Positions 44,401 through 57,659 of a stretch of 64,000 nt of DNA are shown here, piece by piece (position 1 is the first letter of the stretch; every line of letters begins with the position of its first letter). The notes beneath the pieces are model-generated. The model saw nothing but the letters and a program-made list of their open reading frames with translations. It ran no database searches and had not been told where the DNA came from. This stretch comes from Neocallimastix sp. 'constans' (taxonomy: Eukaryota). The translations under genes were made by a program, and so were the position numbers. The stretch is from assembly GCA_050613775.1 (NCBI GenBank), contig JBODTK010000012.1, forward strand, positions 1,240,001-1,304,000. The letters are read 5' to 3'.

Positions 44401-47400
44401 TTTATATATTTATATATATGATTTAATATTTTAACATAACAATATACCTATTGCTTCAGTATAATATGATTTTGAAAGTTCATAATTTCCATTTTTAAAT
44501 TCGTTATTACCTTTGTTTTTTTTATTTACTGAAAGTATGGCTCTGTTATTATTATTTAAATGTAGAATAAATAATTAATATTCAAAATTTAACTTATACT
44601 GTATATTAATATATTTCAAGAATTTATTAAATATTACTTATCCATTTTATTACATAAATTCTTGAATTCTATTAATTATAGTTTTGAATTTACATTAGTA
44701 TTATTTTATACATATATATTTTTATAAATCAAATATTTTATTAATATGTAGTGAAAAAAGTAAAAAAATTTCTTAGCTACATACTTTCATCATAAGGTTC
44801 TAAAACCATTAATATTTCAATATCTTTTTTAGCATCTTCAAATTTTTCAATTTTTATTAAACTTTCTGATCTTTTTTTATATAATTCCTTAAAAAGTATT
44901 TTTTGCTTACAATCTTCATAGATTTTATTGGATGATGGTTCATCTTTTTTAAAAATAATTCTTTTTAAAATAAATAAAGCTTTACTAGTACAATCAACGG
45001 ATTCTGTGTATCTTTTTAGCTTATATATTGAATATTATTTATATTTTCATTTTTAAATTAATAGTAATATTTATTTACATATTTTAACAAATAACAAAGT
45101 ATCGAATAATCATATATTGAATAATCATATTGAATAATCATATATCCAATAATCATATATTGAATAATCATATTGAATAATCATATATTGAATAATCATA
45201 TTGAATAATCATATATTGAATAATCATATTGAATAATCATATATTGAATAATCATGTATTGAATAATCATGTATACAATAGCCATATAAAAAAAGAATAA
45301 AAACCATAACAAAAAAGATAATATAAAAAGAATAAAAAAAAATAAATAAAATAGCAACGAAATGCAATAAAAGAGAAAAACATTAACAAAATTAAATAAG
45401 ATAAATAGTGAAGAATTATAATAAAAATAATGTGTTAATAAAACGAAACTTATAAAATAAAATAAAAAAATGATTACCTCCATCAAACAAGTAGATTTAT
45501 TTCTTAATAAAATAATCAAAACTGTACCAGTCAAATATAAGTTTGTGCATTCTTCTATCAATATATCATATTGTTTAATTGCTTCTTCGAAATTTTTCTT
45601 TTTGAAATAATTATCATTAATTAATTTTTTTTGTTCATCTATCTCCTTAATCTTATTAATCAATAATTTAGCCTTTTCATTTTTATTATAATATTCCAAT
45701 GATCTACGCAAATGGCGAACTGCATTTTCAATATTACTTTTTCCCGTGATATATATTAATTTTGTTTTTAATGCATAAGCTTCAGAATTTTTTGAATTTC
45801 CAGGAGAATTTAATATAATTTCTGCGACTTTCATGGCTTCATCATAATCGTTGTTCATAAGAAGAATTTCACCTCTTAAAATTCTCCATTGAATTGGAAT
45901 ACCTTTTAAATCTTCACTTTTAAGTTTACTTATTTTTTCTTCAGATGGGCTGATAAATTGAAGACTGTTATCACATAATAACATTGCATTTTCCAATTTT
46001 CGAAGCGCTTCTTCATATTTTCTTAGTTTCATCAAACTTTCAACTTCTTTCATTGAATTCTCAAGATTAGAAACATTCTTAATCTTTAATAATTTAAATT
46101 ATATAAAATGACGTCATTATTTTATTATATATAATAGATTATATAATAATTATCAAATAATATATAACAAAAAGTTTCTATAATTAATAATATGTATTTA
46201 TAATTATTATATATAACATGCCTCATTTTCAAATTTTTGAATTAAGTATTTCGTATTATCTGTTTCCTTCGTTATTTCTAATCCTTTATTAAGCAATTCA
46301 TGTGCCTTTTCTAGATTTCCTCGATGAATACTACAACAAGCGTTAATTAAATATGCTTTTACACATCTACGATTTCTTCTAATAGCCTCTCTACAATCAT
46401 TTATAGCATCTTTATATCTATGCATTTTTAAAAAGGTATTTGCTCTGTGACAAAAATTATCACTATCTGGATATTTTTCTAATATTAAACATAAATTTAA
46501 AAACATTATAATAATTTGTTATATAACGTTATTATTAATGTATAACCAAAATATAAATTATTTTTAGATTTACTATTATAGGGTTTCTATAATAATAATT
46601 GAAATATAATAATGTTCTAAGTAATTAAACTAGTATTATAAAATAATTAAAATACCGATTAAGCCACTAAATTTTGAAAGTGCTTCATTAAATTTTTCTC
46701 CTTCTAATAAATCAATGCCTTCATTTCTAATATTAATTTGATTCATAATTCTATATGAGATTTTAAAATAATAAAAAATATTTATTAATTATTGAAAATT
46801 ACATAAATTTAAACATTTTAATTTAAATATTGTCATATATACTTATAAGTATGATATTCTTTTATTTGATCAAACTTATTTCTTAATTTTTCTTCATCAG
46901 TTAGTAAACTATTATATACTATATAATATATATATTTTAATTTTTTAATTAATTTAGTATATAACTAAATATACTTTTCTTTATTATATCTACCGTTAAT
47001 TATAATTTTCTTATTTGTTAAATCAATTAAAGGAAGTGAAGTATAAGTTTTGAACATTAAATTTTTGTTAGAGAAACTATCAATTTTTGGATAAAATCGT
47101 TTGACATCTTCTAAATTATAAAACTATGATTGTTTCAAAAATAAGTTAAGATTAATTATTTATTATATAAAATACTTATTTTTTATTTTATAATATAATT
47201 AATTTTATATAAAAAATTTCTTAGTTGAAAAAAAAAAAACTTATATACATTTCTATAAGAACTTGGAAGAAGATCAGAGCTTTCATATGGTAAAATTGTT
47301 AACATATGTTCAAAAGGACTAAGTGGTTCACCTTTTTCAAACTGAAAATATTCATTTTCTTTAAAATTACAAAGCTCTAATTGTTTATTAAATAAATTAT

Positions 47401-49261
47401 TAATAAACCTTTAAAAATAATTCTTTTTTATATAATAATTAAATAAAAACTGTTAGAATATAATTATACCAGATATAAACGGTCCGTAACTATTGCATTT
47501 ATCCCTCCAGTAACGGGGTTCGAAATTCCAACTCCATGATGGAATATCATCATAAATTGCTTTAAGAATCCACTTTATACCCTCAATGTATTGATTAACA
47601 AAATGGTATATATTACAATTTGGAATATTTCTCTTATATAATAAATATTTATTATTAATAATTAATTAATAGATGAAATAGATATTAAAAATATAATAAT
47701 AACAATAATATTTAATTTAATATTTTTAATATAAATAATATACTTCATAATAGCTCTTTTTTTGTTCTTCAAATAATTTGTTTTTTTCATTGGTATTTAA
47801 ACTTAGTTTCATATTATTAAAGTTATTTACGTAGTCTTCTTCATATTTTGGGTTCTTTTTAATTGAAATATATTTTTCTTTATTATATTTTATTTTAAAT
47901 TCCTTACATTTTAATTTAAAACTATATTCCTTATCTGAATCTAAATCTACAAGATTATCTAAATCCAAATTATTTTTATTACAGTAGTCTTTAAAATTCC
48001 AATAATCATTTTCCTTGTATGTTTTCTTCTTATTATTAACATCAATGATTTTTATTTGAAATTTTCCATCAATAAATTCCAAATTTAGTTTAGTACAAAG
48101 ATATTTTAAAAATTCAATAGTAGAACTATTGTAATTAAAATTTTTATATTTTAATTCTGGATCATTACATAATCTTTGGATATTAATAAAAATATCTTTT
48201 TTAGCACTATAATTATTTACTAATTCTATATTTTTATTTAAATAAAATTTTGTTAAATAATTTATGATATTTATAATATTTATTTATTTAAAATATTTAT
48301 ATATGTATATTAATAATATAATTACCAAATTTAATAATACTATTATTATTATCAAGAAATTCATCATTATAAACTTTATTACTACTATTTGATTCATTAT
48401 CTAAAAGAAAAATCATCTTATTGATTATATTAATATTTTCATTTAAGATAGAAAAATATTTTTTGAGATGTTTTTCATTTAATTTTCCATTACAATTAAT
48501 AAAACCAATATTAGTATAATTTTCTACATAGTTTGTAATTAAATCATTAATTAAAACATCATGGATTCCAGGTAAATAATTATTTTCTGTGATAAGCATT
48601 ATACAAATAAAGTCATCAATAACTTTATTTTGATCTTCTCTAGGTAAATCTTTAAACATATTGAGTATATGTTTTCGTAAGAAATCAATGCTAAAATATG
48701 TATTATTTTCTTTTTCATTAATAATACTATTGTATATAAAAAAAGAGCGGCGATGTAATGATAAAAGATAAAGATAAAAATCACTATCTGTAGTGTAAAC
48801 ACACGTTTTTTCTTGATAATTTTCTTTGATATGTTTCATGATTTTATTTTCTGCTTCCCCTGCTACATTAGGACCTGAAAATACCACTTTAATATTTTTC
48901 CATATATAATCATTATTCTTTTCTTGCTGAATTAAATCTTGAAATTTTTTTGAAAGTTTTTCCATAAATTCAGATCCAGAAGAAATAGAATTAAATTTAA
49001 AATTACATTTATTATGGTACTTATAGAATTCACGAATTCGACGTTGTCTTTGAATATTCATCTTTGCTTTCGGAGGAACACCATCAATAAAAATACCTAA
49101 TAATTTTCGTGGTTTAAGTTGATGAATAATAATATCAATCTTTTCAAATACAAATTTAATTAATTTATCATCATCAATTTTATCAATTAAGTTGTCAGTT
49201 TCTAATTCATGTAATTTATCACTAATAAGACCATTCATGTCAAAGTATAGAGAATCTAATT

Positions 49262-49327
<66 letters not shown>

Positions 49328-49593
49328 TATGAAATAATATGAAATAATGTTAACTTTGATAAAAAAAAACTATTTTATTATATCTTTTTTTTTATTTATT
49401 AAAATAAATTATTACTAATTTTTAAATTTTATATATTTACCAAAATCTGGTTTATCGATTTTATATTTGCATTTATTTTTAATACTAAAATATAAAAAAA
49501 AAATATAATTACTAATAATAATTTTATTATTCATAATTTATATTTATAATAAAGTATTTACTTATTCCACTTATTTAATTCACGTAAAACCAT
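41425..49593 (-). CDS. Predicted fusion protein: XRN-family 5'-3' exoribonuclease core + three DNAJC7-like TPR modules + C-terminal J-domain (about 23 exons)
   Basis: XRN motifs in order: FDSLYFDMNG, DGVPPKAKMNIQRQRR, GSEFM, GEAENKIM, DSD, IDDF, YIEGIKWIL...SWSW...GPFIS, GEPLSPFEHMLTILP, FYP, LPLID, LTDEEKLRN. TPR motifs: KNKGNNEFKNGNY..YYTEAI and KKKGNELYKNKNYEDAINFYTKAI..YTNRAAA. J-domain: YRILGL...IKKAYRNLARKFHPDK...INIAYEVL*. All exon junctions I traced are phase-compatible. Confidence 0.8.
45104..45270. repeat. Intronic minisatellite, unit GAATAATCATAT(AT)T (13-15 bp)
   Basis: About 11-12 tandem copies inside the intron at 45020-45477. Confidence 0.9.
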
Positions 49594-50139
49594 TTTTAAT
49601 TCAATTCTCTTCAAATAATGATATGAATCTCTTATATTATTAATATATTTAAAAAACTGTTTTAAAATAATTAAAATAGTATGTATAATTTTATAACATC
49701 AAAAAAAAAAAAAAAAAAAAAAAAAATTTATAGTGAATAAAAAATATAATTTACCAAATTTAATTTAATCATAATAAGAAATAAAAATGTTACACAATTT
49801 AATAAATTAAATACTCTTGAAATTATATGGCTTATCCATTAATTGATGTCCAAAAACTGGTTTAATATGAATGATATGTCCATTTTTTTTTTTTTTTTTT
49901 TTTGTTATCATTAATAATCTTTAGTTTTCATAATTTAATTTTTTCAAGCTTTTAGTATTAATCTGTTTGTTAGCTGATAAAGAAATACAAGCAAAAAAAT
50001 AAAAATAAAGCATTCTACTCCTTCTATATCTGCCTTAAAAGAAAAGAAGTACTGAAATTTTTGTAAAACTTTTATATTATATTTATTATTTATCATTTAA
50101 TTATTTATAATTTATTTATTATTTTTTATTATATTTATT

Positions 50140-50660
50140 ATTATTATTATTTATTATTTATTATTTATTATTTATTATTTATTATTTATTATTTATTATT
50201 TATTATTTATTATTTATTATTTATTATTTATTATTTATTATTTATTATTTATTATTTATTATTTATTATTTATTATTTATTATTTATTATTTATTATTTA
50301 TTATTTATTATTTATTATTTATTATTTATTATTTATTATTTATTATTTATTATTTATTATTTATTATTTATTATTTATTATTTATTATTTATTATTTATT
50401 ATTTATTATTTATTATTTATTATTTATTATTTATTATTTATTATTTATTATTTATTATTTATTATTTATTATTTATTATTTATTATTTATTATTTATTAT
50501 TTATTATTTATTATTTATTATTTATTATTTATTATTTATTATTTATTATTTATTATTTATTATTTATTATTTATTATTATTATTTATTATTTATTATTTA
50601 TTATTTATTATTTATTATTTATTATTTATTATTTATTATTTATTATTTATTATTTATTAT
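50140..50660. repeat. (TTATTTA)n 7-bp tandem repeat
   Basis: About 500 bp near-perfect heptamer array. Degenerate versions of the same unit occur at ~1960-2320 and ~3370-3980. Confidence 0.95.
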
Positions 50661-51000
50661 AAACAATGAATTATTTAATATATTAATTTAATTTTCATAA
50701 TATTTATATTATTAAATTATTGTTAATAAAATAGAAATTAGAGTTTTATTTTTTGACAATAACTGCTAATAAATTTCTATTAATTTAAATAATGTTATAA
50801 TTCTTTGGTGATATAGAAAAAACAATTGTTCTATCAGTTTTAAATAAATAAATTAACAAATCTTTATTTAATATTTTTTATATTTTAAATCTTTTAAACT
50901 TAACTTTATATCCTTTAATATTAAATATAAAGACCATTTGTATAAATTTAATAAAGATATTCAATATTAATATTAATTATGAGTAAATTAAAATTAAAAA

Positions 51001-51045
<45 letters not shown>

Positions 51046-51703
51046 AAAAGTAATATGAATATAAAAAAATCAATAAATTCCTTTGAAAAATATATTATCA
51101 TTCTTAATAATAGTTATGTTTAATAAGCCTTCCATTTTTCACTTAGTTCAAAAAACTTTAACTAAAAAAATTATTTGTATATAACAATGATAAGGTTCAA
51201 TTATTTAATTTTGAATGAAGAAATTGAATAAAAACATGAAATTTATGGTTAACTATACTACAAGTAATGGTAAAAAAGAATGTTGGATGTTATATTTGAC
51301 GGTCTTAACAATGTCATTATTTATTATGATAAATAAAAGAAGGAGGTAATTTAATATGTTCAAAGGAAAAGTTTGATACATTTAAAGATTATATTATAAT
51401 TAAGATAGCTGCCGAATATGATGTAGCTTTTATTTTAATAATAGCTTTATTTTCCTTTAAATTAATGTAAATAATTGTTTTATTTATTATTAAATTTATT
51501 TAATTAATAGGTTAAAATGATAATAGATTTTTAATAAACTATACAAATATTATAGTTTTATTTTTTTTTTATATTTTTATTATCAAATTAAATTTTGATA
51601 TTTGAGAATATCTTCATTAAATATCTTTATAGTATAATAAATATATAATTATTTCATTTATTTATTTGAATAATATTATATTTCTATAATTAATTTATAC
51701 TTT

Positions 51704-51742
<39 letters not shown>

Positions 51743-51867
51743 TTTTTTATATTTGCTTGATTAAAAAAAAAAATCTATAAATTAAATATTAATAAAATAT
51801 AGAACTGATAATAATAATAATAATATAATAATAATATAATTTTGTATTTTATTAAAAATGAATTATC

Positions 51868-51898
<31 letters not shown>

Positions 51899-52035
51899 TT
51901 ATTACTGCGAATCCCTTAAAAAAATAAAATAATAATTATTATTAAATATTAAAAAAAAATTTTTTTTTTATCTTGTCATATTACTTCATTAATTAAATGC
52001 AAAGTGTTCTAAATTATAATTTTAATTTTATCTTT

Positions 52036-52188
<153 letters not shown>

Positions 52189-54388
52189 TTTTTTTTTTTT
52201 TTTTTTTTTTTTTTGTATAAAACAAATATATTATATAATAAATTAGATTTAATGATTTGATAATGTTAAATTTTAAAATTGTACCAAAGATTTTTTTATT
52301 AATAATTATTTCAAATTAAAAATTATATTAATTTTTATCCACATAATTAATAGTATATAATATTAATTTTTTTTTCTTTATTAATTAAAAATTAAAAATG
52401 AAAATTTAATCATTAAAATTAATATAGAAATATTATCCAAAATAAATACAATATATAAAAAAATTAATATATCTTCTAAAGTTAATCAATCACAGAATAA
52501 ATTATATTAAAATCTCTCTTCAAATAATATATAGAATATAATAATTTTATAATAAATATAATATTAACAATAATAAATTATAATAAACAATAATTAATGA
52601 TTATAATAAGATTGGTGTTAGAAAAAATCAAAGATAAATAATTAAAATTATAATCATAATATATTATTATAATGGTAATGATTATTATTTAAAAACTGTA
52701 ATTATTTATTTATAATAATAATTTATTTTTTTTTTACTTTTTTTCTAAAAACTAAATAAAAATTAATATATAAATAAATGCTTGTTAATGATAGAATAAT
52801 ATTAAAAATTATTTTTCATATATCATTTGATAATAAATTTTTAAAAAACATATCTTTTATAATACTAAAAGTAATAATGAAGTATAATTGATTATATATA
52901 TTTATATTATTAGAAAAGAAAAAAAAAATATTGTAGCATAATATTAATATTTTTTTTTTTGAAATATTATCACTTGTTTTTCTTTTTCATATATAATATA
53001 TTGTTTCATTATTTTTATTCTATATTATAATTTATTTTTAAATATTATTATTTTATTCATAAAAATAAAATAATAATATATCTGTACATAATTATAAAAT
53101 TCAATATTCTATCTCAATTATTCTTATAAACATTAATAATAGGATTAAAAGATATGAACTTGATTATTATTAAAAAGTTTCACAGATAAAGAATTAAAAA
53201 TAATAAAAATAACAACTTTAAATTTTCTAATAGCATGTTTAAACTTGGGTTTATATTTCTGTGAATATAAATAATTAAATTTTATTACTAATTATTACCA
53301 TTTAATGATTAAACAAATTAATCTTTCTATTCATTATTATTATTATAATTAATTATAATATTCTTTCAACTTTCATAAAATATATTAGTATTAAATATAA
53401 CAAAAACAAATACTATATTATTTGTATTTGTTTTGCTCCATAATTTTAGATAGATTTATATGTTTATTTACAAATAAGAAATTACCTTATTTTTATTTAT
53501 ATAAAAATTATTTTATTACACCAGTATTCTAAATGAGATTAAAACAATAATAATTAAAATTTAGTGGATATATTAAATATTGAATTTATAGCAAATAGAA
53601 TTTATTTGAAAAATTATTATTAATAAATAAATAGTATAAATACGGTTTATTAAAATTTTAATTTTTAAAATTATTTTATTATTATTAATTTTAATATATA
53701 TTAAAAAAATGAATTTTATAATATTATCTTTTAATATAATATATTAAAAATTAATATTATATTTTTTCTTCAAATTATTAAAATTTTTCATATATAAATA
53801 TATCAATAGAATGAAATATTTCTTTTTTTTATACACAAAAAATTTTATTTTTTATAATAAAAAAAATATTAGTAAAAATACAGTTATAAGTAGAAGTAAA
53901 TGCTGTGCATTTAAAAATAAAAAATAAAAAAAGTACTATTTATATTACATAAAATTTATTAATATTTTTATTATAAAAAATAAAAAAAATTATAAATTAT
54001 AAAATATAAAAAAATAAAGAAAAATTATAAAAACAATAAAAATTAAAAATTAAAAATTAAATAGAAAATATTATAAAATAAAAATTAAATAGAAAATATA
54101 AGAAAATAACAAATAGAAAATAGAAAAAAATAAATATTACAATAGAAAATAGAAAAAAATAAATATTACAATAGAAAATAGAAAAAAAATAAAATAGAAA
54201 AAAAAATAAAAATAAAATATTAGTTAAAATAAAAATAAAGAAAAGTAAAAATAAATAAAATAAAAATAAAAATAAAATATATAAAGAAAAATAAAGAAAG
54301 TAAAATAATATAAAATAAAAAAAAAAAGTAAAATAGAAATAAAACAGAAATAAAATAAATTATTATCAATATTAAAAAAATATCAAAA

Positions 54389-56738
54389 ATGAAATTAAAT
54401 TTTCTTAAATCAATTTCAATAGGTCTACCTATAGTAATTGGTATATATATTATAATTATTATTATTAATCCAACTATCTTAATACAATTTAAAAAATAAT
54501 AATAAAAACTATATTAATATTCATGTTTATAAATATATTAAAATTTAATATTTAGTCAATTTGAAAAAGGTAATTGCTTTAGACAATTTCTTTGGAAATA
54601 TTAGTCGTGTTGAACTTTTTGAAAATATTGATTTTAAAGTTCCAACTATTAGAATTCAATTAGATGAAACTGATTACAAAAATTTATTCTGGGGTTATGA
54701 ATGTTATAAAGATGAAACTCCAGGATTCTTGAAAAGAAATGAACATTGCTTCACTGCACCATATGTAGATTTAAATTATGCAGTAAGAAGAACTTTTCAA
54801 GATAAAGAATTCATTAAAATGAGTGCAATAACAAATTCAACTGACTTAGAATTAATTCAAAATACTATTGATGAAAAGTATAACATTACTTTAAATGAAT
54901 TTGAATCCATTATTACCAATTATTCCAACTTTACTTTAGAAGAATTATTTTCCCATCCATATAAAATTGCAATTCCATCAGAAAAATATTTTGAAGCTAG
55001 TAATAAGGTTTCTATGACCTTTGAATTAGATGAGTAAGTGAAATCATAAATATTATTAAATTATAAGTATTAAACATAAAATATATGAATTAAATTATTA
55101 ATTTAATTTGATATTAATTTTTTTATTCTTTACTTAACATATAACAGTGAAGTTAAAAAATTCTCAAAAGTTAAATTTAAAATTGGTGGTAGATCAACTA
55201 CTTTCTTTTCTAAAGTAGGCTATAACATTAATATTAAGAATGATCTATTATACGGTGCCAAGGATTTACGTTTACGTGCTGTTACTGTTGATCCATCATT
55301 CTTAAGAGATAAACTTGCGTATGATTTACATAATAAAATTGAATTACCATGTATAAGCGCAAATTATGCTAAACTGTACATTAATGATACATTTATGGGT
55401 TTATACCTTTTAAGAGATGCCTATAAAGCTAGATGGGTTGAAAATACTTTTGGAGAAAAATCAACAAAACATTTATATACTTGTAGTAATGCATATGAGA
55501 GTGAAGGAAATGATTTCTTCAAATGTATAAATGATGATGAAGATATCACAGATGATCAAGATATAAAAATTTTCTTAAAAAAATTAGAAAATTCAAAAAA
55601 TCGTAAGGACTTAGAAAAATTCTTTGATGTAAAAAGTTTCATAAGACTACAAGCTGCTAGATATTTATTCGGTTCATTAGATCATATTACTGGCGAAAAT
55701 AATAATATGCTTTATATGTATCACGATGTTTCTTCTGGTAACGATTTATGGATTCCACTTATTTATGATTTTGATATGAACTTTGGTAATTTTGGAAAGC
55801 CTAACACCAATCGTACATTTGATGAAGAAATTTTTGAAAAGAAAAATCCATTATATACAATGCTTAATATTAATGATAAAAGTGAAGAATTAATTTCTAT
55901 TATGGATGAAATTATGCGTAACGCTTTCAATCCAAATATTCTTCTTCCACGTATTGATCAATTGAGAAACTTCATTGCTCCATATGTTAAAGAAGACCGT
56001 ACTCCAGGTGAAAACGGCCGTTTTCCAGGAAGATTTGATATTGGTGTAGGTAGACCACATGATCAATTCACTTATGAAGATTTTATTAACAACAGTGAAT
56101 TCACTACAATTAAAGCTCGTCAGTACTACAACAACTTCACTGACATTTATGAAGAAAATACTGCTTTAGGTCTTAAACAGTGGGTTATTGAACGTTTTAA
56201 GTTTGCATGTGATCATTATAAAATAGATTGTTCCTATGCTGATGATATTTTAAGTAGTCCATATGCTAGTGGCTACGAAATAACCAAAACCATTCATGAG
56301 CAAAGAAATGAAGGTTGCAAAGGTACTGGTTATGCTTGTTGTATATTCAAGAATACTATAGTTGAAACTGTTGATGAGAGTGGCCAATGGGGACATGAAG
56401 GAAATGATTGGTGCCTAATGAACTTTGATGATGAAGAAGAAGAAGAACCAATTTACGACGAAAAATGTTGGTCGCTTTCACAAGGTTACCCATGTTGTAA
56501 GAAAGAAACCACTGCTATAAACTATACTAGTAGTAGTACCGGTGCGGAATGGGGTATAGAAAATGGTAATTGGTGTGGTATCACTGATAAACAACGTAAT
56601 CGTCAAAAAAATTGTCCAATAAATGAAGGATATACTTGTTGTAAAGGATGTGATGTAATATATACTGATGACTTTAAATGGGGTTTTGAAGCTGGTGACT
56701 GGTGTATTACTCCATATTCTTGCGATGAACAAAAGTAA
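54389..56738 (+). CDS. cotH: Secreted CotH-kinase-family protein with three C-terminal fungal dockerin (CBM10-like) domains; 3 exons (54389-54440, 54556-55033, 55148-56738)
   Basis: Signal peptide MKLNFLKSISIGLPIVIVNLKKVIA. CotH motifs KIGGRST, K.GYNI, LRLRA...DPSFLRDKLAYD, LYINDTFMGLYLL.D, GSLDH...NN and WIPLIYDFDMNFG. Three GY.CC...WG.E...WC modules at the C-terminus. Confidence 0.93.
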
Positions 56739-56739
56739 C

Positions 56740-56951
56740 AAATTAAAATTAAATAAAAAAAATAATAAAGTACAAAAGAATAGCCACCATAATAATGTTA
56801 TCATAAACTATGTAAACTCAAAAAAAAAAAAAAAAATAGAAACAAATTTAAATTAAATAAAAAAAATAATAATAAAGTACAAAAAAATAGCCACCATAAT
56901 ATGATATCATAAACTACATAAACTCAAAAAAAAAAAAAAATAGAAACAAAT
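56740..56951 (+). repeat. ~105-bp direct tandem duplication in the cotH 3' region
   Basis: Two diverged copies of ...AATAAAGTACAAAA.AATAGCCACCATAAT...TATCATAAACTA..TAAACTCAAAA...TAGAAACAAAT. Confidence 0.85.
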
Positions 56952-57324
56952 AAACAAATAAGCAAATAAGAAATAGATAAATATATTATTTATTATAGTT
57001 AAAAAAAAAAATAAAAAAAATAAAAAAATACAACAATAAATTATATTAAAAATAATAAAATAAATATATTATATAATAATATTAAAATAAAAAATAATTA
57101 CTTTAAAAATATTTATTAATACCAAAACAAATATATTATAATTTATATAACAAAAAATATTAATAATTATATTTAATTATAAATATATAATATTATTATC
57201 AAATCTTTAATAATCATATTTAATTATTAAAGATAAATTGTAAAATGAAATAATCATAATAAAATATATAATCTAAATTTAATCTAAAATAAAATTTTTC
57301 TTATAAAATTAATTTAAATTTTTC

Positions 57325-57358
<34 letters not shown>

Positions 57359-57406
57359 TATTTTAATATAATTTTAATATATATTTAATATATTTTTTAA
57401 TAATAT

Positions 57407-57645
57407 TGTTAGAAATTAAGTTTAATATTACACAAGTATAAATAATATAAATAATATAATGTATATAGTATAACATAGATATATGAGCTAGCGTACGTAA
57501 TAGTGGCGTAAAATAAGCCATATGATATATGTAATAAATGTATGTGAATCATGTGTAAATGTAATAGTATAAAATACATGTAAAATTAAAATTTAATATA
57601 TGTACACCTTTGATATTTATTAATAAAGTTATATATTTCACAACA
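57407..57645 (+). repeat. 5' LTR
   Basis: TG...CA termini; identical by eye to 62957-63195. Confidence 0.97.
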
Positions 57646-57659
57646 GATTAAGAGTCTCA
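57646..57659 (+). promoter_or_regulatory. Primer-binding site complementary to the tRNA-Lys(CUU) anticodon arm (half-tRNA type)
   Basis: GATTAAGAGTCTCA directly follows the LTR. Its reverse complement TGAGACTCTTAATC matches positions 27-40 of the conserved eukaryotic tRNA-Lys(CTT) as recalled. Confidence 0.8.

Noticed and set aside
45104..45270. CRISPR-like appearance of short repeats (also 8238-8399)
   Set aside because: No unique spacers, eukaryotic context and no cas genes.
48297..49238. Calling the XRN ORF canonical XRN1 or XRN2/RAT1
   Set aside because: Too divergent at normally invariant motifs and lacks the usual C-terminal domains; gene symbol withheld.
50140..50660. Possible telomeric array
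   Set aside because: Internal position, no G-rich strand, and the same unit is degenerate elsewhere; an ordinary satellite.
51180..51430. Coding-like patch (also ~950-1090)
   Set aside because: Multiple stops in all frames and no recognisable motif; too decayed to call.
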